From: Salpingoeca rosetta | Lineage: Eukaryota; Protista; Choanoflagellata | Direction: 5' to 3' | NCBI GenBank assembly: GCA_033442325.1 | Contig: JAWQFM010000012.1 | Location: forward strand, 1,535,793-1,599,792 | DNA: 64,000 nt | Shown: positions 42,996 through 64,000 of the stretch, in pieces | Layout: each line of letters opens with the position of its first letter | Position numbering within the stretch: position 1 is the stretch's first letter | Position numbers and translations under genes: made by a program | Notes under the pieces: generated by a model | The model's input: the letters and a program-made list of their open reading frames with translations, nothing else | What the model was told of the DNA's origin: nothing | Database searches by the model: none

Positions 42996-45242
42996 GTGCT
43001 GCTGGTGCTGTGGCTGCTGTGGTTCCTCGGGGCAATCGCCGCTCAAGCGAATGCGCTCAACAAGAGCAGGTGGGATATCGCACTGGGGAGATGGCAGCGG
43101 TGGCGGAGAGGTGGTGGCAGGGGCTCCAAAGCATCTGGCGTAGAGCGAGTCGTAGTAGGCCAGCAGGGGCTCAGACAAGAGCACATCCAGCACACGGGAG
43201 AACTTGGACAGCTGACACCGCAACAAAGCAGGAAGCACGAGAGCAGGCGTGTGGAGATATGCGACACATGAGCGTGTGTGAGAGCATGTGGCCGCCACAA
43301 ACAGAGCAAAGGGACACCACAGCGCACGAGGAGAGCAGCACGTCAGGGGCAAGAGGAGCAAGCCATCACAACAAGAGGAAAACAACAACAACAACAACAT
43401 ATGCTAGCAGAGGTGCACCGTGGTGGATGTTAGGGTGATGGTGTTGATGACTGGCATCTTCTGGCCACCAGCGAACGTCTTGTGTCCAAGGACGAAACCA
43501 TACACGTCAACACAGTTCCCGGCCACAGCGATGCCAATGGGGTACATCAGCCCCTTGATCACAGACTCCCAGCGGGGAACGCACTTGATTGCGTGCAATG
43601 CGTATTCACGCAATTGCTCCTTTGCTGCCGCTCGCTGTGCACGCTGCTGCTCGAACTGTAACATGCACACAAGGTGGACACAGCAGTNNNNNNNNNNNNN
43701 NNNNNNNNNNNNNNNNNNNNNNNNNNNNNNNNNNNNNNNNNNNNNNNNNNNNNNNNNNNNNNNNNNNNNNNNNNNNNNNNNNNNNNNNNNNNNNNNNNNN
43801 NNNNNNNNNNNNNNNNNNNNNNNNNNNNNNNNNNNNNNNNNNNNNNNNNNNNNNNNNNNNNNNNNNNNNNNNNNNNNNNNNNNNNNNNNNNNNNNNNNNN
43901 NNNNNNNNNNNNNNNNNNNNNNNNNNNNNNNNNNNNNNNNNNNNNNNNNNNNNNNNNNNNNNNNNNNNNNNNNNNNNNNNNNNNNNNNNNNNNNNNNNNN
44001 NNNNNNNNNNNNNNNNNNNNNNNNNNNNNNNNNNNNNNNNNNNNNNNNNNNNNNNNNNNNNNNNNNNNNNNNNNNNNNNNNNNNNNNNNNNNNNNNNNNN
44101 NNNNNNNNNNNNNNNNNNNNNNNNNNNNNNNNNNNNNNNNNNNNNNNNNNNNNNNNNNNNNNNNNNNNNNNNNNNNNNNNNNNNNNNNNNNNNNNNNNNN
44201 NNNNNNNNNNNNNNNNNNNNNNNNNNNNNNNNNNNNNNNNNNNNNNNNNNNNNNNNNNNNNNNNNNNNNNNNNNNNNNNNNNNNNNNNNNNNNNNNNNNN
44301 NNNNNNNNNNNNNNNNNNNNNNNNNNNNNNNNNNNNNNNNNNNNNNNNNNNNNNNNNNNNNNNNNNNNNNNNNNNNNNNNNNNNNNNNNNNNNNNNNNNN
44401 NNNNNNNNNNNNNNNNNNNNNNNNNNNNNNNNNNNNNNNNNNNNNNNNNNNNNNNNNNNNNNNNNNNNNNNNNNNNNNNNNNNNNNNNNNNNNNNATTCG
44501 TTGGGTGTGAGTCATGGTAAGGCATGAGAAGCACGTCGCAAACAGCCGTCGCAGGACATCAACTCAAACATGCACTTACTCAGCCGCTTGTTGAGCGCAG
44601 ATGTGTCCAGCTTGGGAGGTGTGCATTTGGACAATTGCAGCTCCACAGCGTCCCACGCTGACAATATCGCATGTGCACCAGTCGTGAACGGATTCAGCGC
44701 GTCCACTACAATGTCAAGGTCTGGGAATAAGACGGCGATATGTATGACTTGTTGTCGCAAGCGCTTCAGCGCGTCAGAACCGAAAGCACGAAGAGATGTC
44801 TCAACGTCAAGTCCTTTGCAAGCAGCGTCGTACTTCTTCGACAAAATCATGGCGGCTCTTTGGAGCACCATGACCTGCACCGTTCAAGCCGGGAAGACGA
44901 GGCGTCAGGAGAAAAGAGTAATGATTGAAACAATGTGTCGGCCCATATGAGATGTCATGCAGTGCAAAAGCGCATTGGCACGGCAGAGCCAACAAGCGTA
45001 CCTGTGTTGCCGTCAGCTGCGGTGGGGCTGGCATGGTGTCTTCACTCGTGGAATCCGCTGAGGATGGTACCTGAGGAAGCGACCAAAGCGGTGGCAGGTG
45101 AGGCGCGAATGACACATCAGATGGCAGGTGTCGATGCTCTGTGGGTTGTATGCAGCTAACGCTGATGCAGCGTCAAGGCACATGTGTGTGTGTGTGTGTG
45201 TCGATGCGTGCGTGCGTGAGTTGTGCATGTGTGTGTCGATGC

Positions 45243-45315
<73 letters not shown>

Positions 45316-45539
45316 TGGGTGTGGGTGTGGGTGCGTGTGTGTGTGTGTGCGTCTGTGTGTGTGCGTCTGTGCGTGCGTGTGTGTGTGTGTCGACGCGTGG
45401 AGCACATGGAATACCTACAACTGGACATGCAAAAATGTGTGATCGACAAGAAAATGAGTACATGTGCCATCACCTTTGTCGCTTGCGCATCGCCACTGGG
45501 GCGGCGCTCACAAGATGCTGCTGCTGCCACTGCGAACAT
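42165..45539 (-). CDS. Crinkler/CR-effector-like protein: predicted REase-fold segment plus atypical protein kinase; exons ~45539-45474, 45070-45002, 44874-44580, [gap], 43655-43419, 43211-42165
   Basis: Last exon encodes VVK...IVMPFLGSG...[11 protein letters not shown]...HADVRKENI...FLIDLED...ERHPD...HDFYSL. This gives a catalytic-loop HxDxRxxN and a DFG-equivalent DLE, with no Gly-rich loop. The preceding exon has AKEQLREYA...PIGIAVAG, resembling the helix-strand that follows an ExK motif in CR REases. Visible splice phases are compatible. Start and N-terminal exons are tentative. Confidence 0.62.
43688..44495. other. Assembly gap (808 N) inside the CR-kinase-like gene
   Basis: Run of N. 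Confidence 1.
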
Positions 45540-45695
45540 TGCTGTGTGTTGTTGACGTGCGTGTGTGGGATGACCATGTGTCGACAGGGGTGTGTTGTAA
45601 ATTTGAAATTTGAGCGGCGGGAAGATGGTACGATTTGATGCTACATTAACGCATAACATCCAAGCAGAGGCAGTTGTGGTGCTGTTGTTGGTGCT

Positions 45696-46507
45696 GTGGG
45701 CCGGCGGCTGCTGCAGCAGGCACGGGCATCGCAGTGGTGCAGTGCTGCTGTTCTGTCGCGAAGCCTCTCGAGCAGCAGGTTGTGCTGCGACAAGAACAGA
45801 CTGGCTGCACGAGCTAGTGGCTTTGAAGACACTGTGTGGGTGGAATTCGCGCCACTGGCCCAGAAGCATGGCGCCGTCAACCTTTCTCAGGTTTGTGTGT
45901 GTGTTTGTTGTGTGTGTGTGTTTCTGTGTGCGTGTGTTTCGGTGCGTGTGTTTCGGTGCGTGTGTGTGTGTGTGCGTGTGTGCGTGCGTTTTGTGGTTGC
46001 CCTGCTGCACTTTTGTGGTTACAGCCACTGCTCATCCCCCCGCCTCATACACACACACAATCTTTTTCCCTTCGCGGTTTGTTTCAGGGCTTGCCATCGA
46101 TTCCAGTCGCACCCTTTTATTCTGTCTTGCATGCAAACGGGTACGTGAGGCCGATTCCACTGCTGCACGTGTACTGCATCGCTGCACTGTCTTCACTCAC
46201 TACGTTTTCTTCCTTTGTGTTGAAGGTGCTTGCTCCCACCTCATGCGAGCGCTGCTCTTGCTTCCACCTCATGCGAGCGCTGCTCTTGCTCCCACCTCAT
46301 GCGAGCGCTGCTGCTGCTTCCACCTCATGCGAGCGCTGCTCTTGCTCCCACCTCATGCGAGCGCTGGTCTTGCTTCTTCCTTGTGTGTGTGTGTGTATGT
46401 GTGTGACAACTCCCGACAGCTGCTGAGCCAGGCATGCATCACCAGTACACACGCGTTGGCGGTCATCCGCGGCTTGTGAACGCGCTTGCGCGGCATTACT
46501 AGCCCGA
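45696..46507 (+). pseudogene. 5' fragment pseudogene of a kynurenine aminotransferase / cysteine-conjugate beta-lyase (KYAT/CCBL, class I PLP enzyme)
   Basis: Exon 1 ...DTVWVEFAPLAQKHGAVNLSQ (to 45890). Exon 2 (46088-46140) GLPSIPVAPF[+1 T]ILSCMQT. Exon 3 (from 46420) AAEPGMHHQYTRVGGHPRLVNALARHY then TAG at 46500-46502. No intact start codon, and nothing KYAT-like follows. Confidence 0.8.
46230..46376. repeat. 28-bp minisatellite x5 in intron 2 of the aminotransferase pseudogene
   Basis: Unit TTGCT(C/T)CCACCTCATGCGAGCGCTGCTC at 46230, 46258, 46286, 46314 and 46342. The C/T variant alternates, giving a 56-bp higher-order period. Confidence 0.95.
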
Positions 46508-46673
46508 GTAGACCTTCGTCTTGTCACCCTTCCTCCTCACCTTCACCGTCGTGTCAGGATGAGCAATTGGACCGGATCGCCTCATCCAGCCAATGCAGCG
46601 CACGCAACAGTGAGTCTCCACACACACACACACACACACACACACTGCTGCGGACTAACCCACTGTATCGTGT

Positions 46674-46769
<96 letters not shown>

Positions 46770-46771
<2 letters not shown>

Positions 46772-48053
46772 GTACACGCCGTTCTGCGTGACGACGCCCG
46801 CCTCCGTCCTCGGGAGCCCCCCCTCCTCCCTCTTCAGCGCCGCCCCCGTTGACAGGGTCGACCGCGCTGCAGCCACCACTAACAAGGCCTTCCGCCACCT
46901 ACCCCTGCAGTGCATCCTCGTCCTCTTGAGGTACTGTGTAGTGGCCAAGGAGAACTACACGATGCGCACCACCGCGCACTGCATGCAGGCGTGCCGCAAG
47001 CTCGACGAGCTCATCGCCCTGTCCCTGGCCAGGATGTTGGGGCACACGAACCCGCTTAAGGATGAGTCGCTTCAACGCTGCCTGCGGCCCTATCAACGTG
47101 GCGGGCCCTTCCTCCGATCCCAGGAGTCGGCTGCCCCCGCCGCCTTTCTCGGCGCCATACGCGACTTCTTCAACAGCACGCGACACCCCTTTGAGCGCGG
47201 CCTCCCCAGCAACGCGCTCAGGACCGAGATGTCGACGGCACTGACGCGGCTCGCGTGCACGACACGCGACAAGGAACAGGGCGGCGTCACCACGATTGAC
47301 GAGGTCCTCAAAGCCGGGAGAAAGCTTCAGCGCACCCTGACCAGGATCCTGGATGAACGCACCCCCTACAGCCACAAGCGCACCGTCCGCGCCTTCCAGC
47401 TCAGCGCAGGCGGCCCCGGGTCCTTCCACTGGCTCACCGTGATGCCCAGCTGCCCAGAACTCACCCTCAACGATGCACAATTCCGGACTTCCCTCAGTGC
47501 GCGTATCCGAGTTCCAGCGGCCGGGTACCACCCTCGCGCCTCGTGCAGGGCATGTCACAAGCCAACGGAGAGCGCGTTCCACCAGGAAAGCTGCCAATCT
47601 ATCCGCAAAAGGCGACACGATCGTCTTAACGGCGACATCGCCGCATTCCTCTGCAGCAGCGGCCTCTCGGCCGTATGCGAGAAGGGAGGCTATGTGGACG
47701 GCGGACAACAACGCCACGGGCCGCCTGGGCGAGTTCTTTGTTCGCTTCATCAAACGCGTCGTCTACAACGCCGACCTTCCAGTACACGTACACAACCACG
47801 CAACACCCAGCTACGCCCTCCAACGCCTTCCAGAAGCGCAGCCACGAAGCCACCATGACGTGTCGCTACGGCAAGGACGGCGGGGCCGGCGCGGAGTCCA
47901 GACGCACTCCATCTTTCCCACCGAACGCAACACCAACACCTGGGCCACGGCCGCCAGAGGTCAGCGGGCGCAGCGCAACCGACCGCCCCGCCGCGGAGAC
48001 GGACGTAGAAAGAGGCGACAAAGGCAGACAACCGCACCACCACCACCACCACC

Positions 48054-48085
<32 letters not shown>

Positions 48086-48430
48086 CAACAGCCACGACAC
48101 AACGGACGCTCCGGCCGCGGAGGCCGCCGAGCCCGCCAGCCCGCGACCCAACCCTCGGAGACCGGCCGCAGCGCCTCCGACGCGGTCAATGGGGAAGGAC
48201 CAAGCGACAGACGCGCCGTCTTGCAGCCGGCGGCAGCGGCGTCAGCAACCACCCACTGCATAGTTCGATAGTGGGTACCCCTCTCCAGCCGGCCTCAAGG
48301 CCACGACGTGTGACCCACCTACTTATACAAACGCTTTCCCCACTCTTTGGAGGGTCCACGTACCCGACAAGTGCAACCCACCCACGGGCTTGGGTCGTGT
48401 GAATGTGTGATTTAATTTGTTTGCGTAATG
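46770..48430 (+). mobile_element. Decayed C-terminal part plus putative 3' UTR of a CRE-like RLE non-LTR retrotransposon
   Basis: Post-RT motifs LRPYQRGGPFLRS...APAAFLGA and WLTVMPSCPELTLNDAQFRTSLSARI. CCHC knuckle CRAC...FHQESC followed by RRHD. Then a jump to ATGRLGEFF, with no PD..D/ExK core. Intronless, frameshifted. Confidence 0.72.
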
Positions 48431-48632
48431 TGTAACGGGGCCGCGGGCCTGACTGTCTTGCTTGTGTTTTCTTCTTCTGCTTCCTGCTTTTCCCAAGTGG
48501 TCTGGCGACCACGGTGTGTCGCTTGCGGGCAACCCCACCACCGGGGCAAGCGACACCATTAAAGTTTTACAACAAGGAGAAGAAGAGAAGAAACAAACAG
48601 CCCCGGCCAGCGCAGCGAGCAAAGCGACAAAC

Positions 48633-64000
<15,368 letters not shown>

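Noticed and set aside
43404-44534. ORFs of 280-380 aa spanning this region
   Set aside because: Artefacts of translating through the N gap.
46088-46144. GLPSIPVAPFYSVLH read as the C-terminal KYAT motif, implying an internal deletion
   Set aside because: A single-base frameshift gives a correctly phased join to the next exon (HQYTRVGGHPRLV), so it is ordinary exon 2.
46230-46376. 28-bp repeat as a CRISPR array
   Set aside because: Units are directly adjacent with no unique spacers, there are no cas genes, and the context is a eukaryotic intron.
46557-46610. Short exon-like segment with a GGATGAG/CTCATCC stem after the KYAT fragment
   Set aside because: No frame resembles KYAT and a 7-bp stem is expected by chance; not assignable.
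38690-48460. Target-site duplication, LTRs, terminal inverted repeats or poly(A) tail around the island
   Set aside because: None found by eye, so island ends are approximate and mobility as a unit is unproven.

Overview
Eukaryotic, intron-dense genomic DNA with GC-rich exons and introns full of (GT)n/(CA)n, (CAC)n and (GAT)n microsatellites. The style and gene set suggest a choanoflagellate such as Salpingoeca (inference). The ORF track is largely uninformative, so gene models were rebuilt by hand from GT-AG junctions. Gene order: multi-DCX/ricin-B protein (DCDC1-like, +), proteasome lid subunit PSMD3/RPN3 (+), Sox-type HMG-box factor (-), FAM98 (-), CC2D1/Lgd-like DM14+C2 protein (+), Ras-family GTPase (-), inositol monophosphatase (+), a two-domain cathepsin X/Z (+), a ~9.7 kb accessory island, and the 5' part of DNA-PKcs (+, runs off the window). 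The island (~38.7-48.4 kb) is the most unusual part. The N-terminal and C-terminal halves of a decayed CRE-like, RLE-type non-LTR retrotransposon lie in the same orientation and no RT is visible. They bracket ~6.5 kb holding a spliced host-gene fragment, an apparently intact Crinkler/CR-type (predicted REase + kinase) gene and a kynurenine-aminotransferase pseudogene. There are two assembly gaps (100 N and 808 N). All homology calls come from remembered motifs, not database searches.
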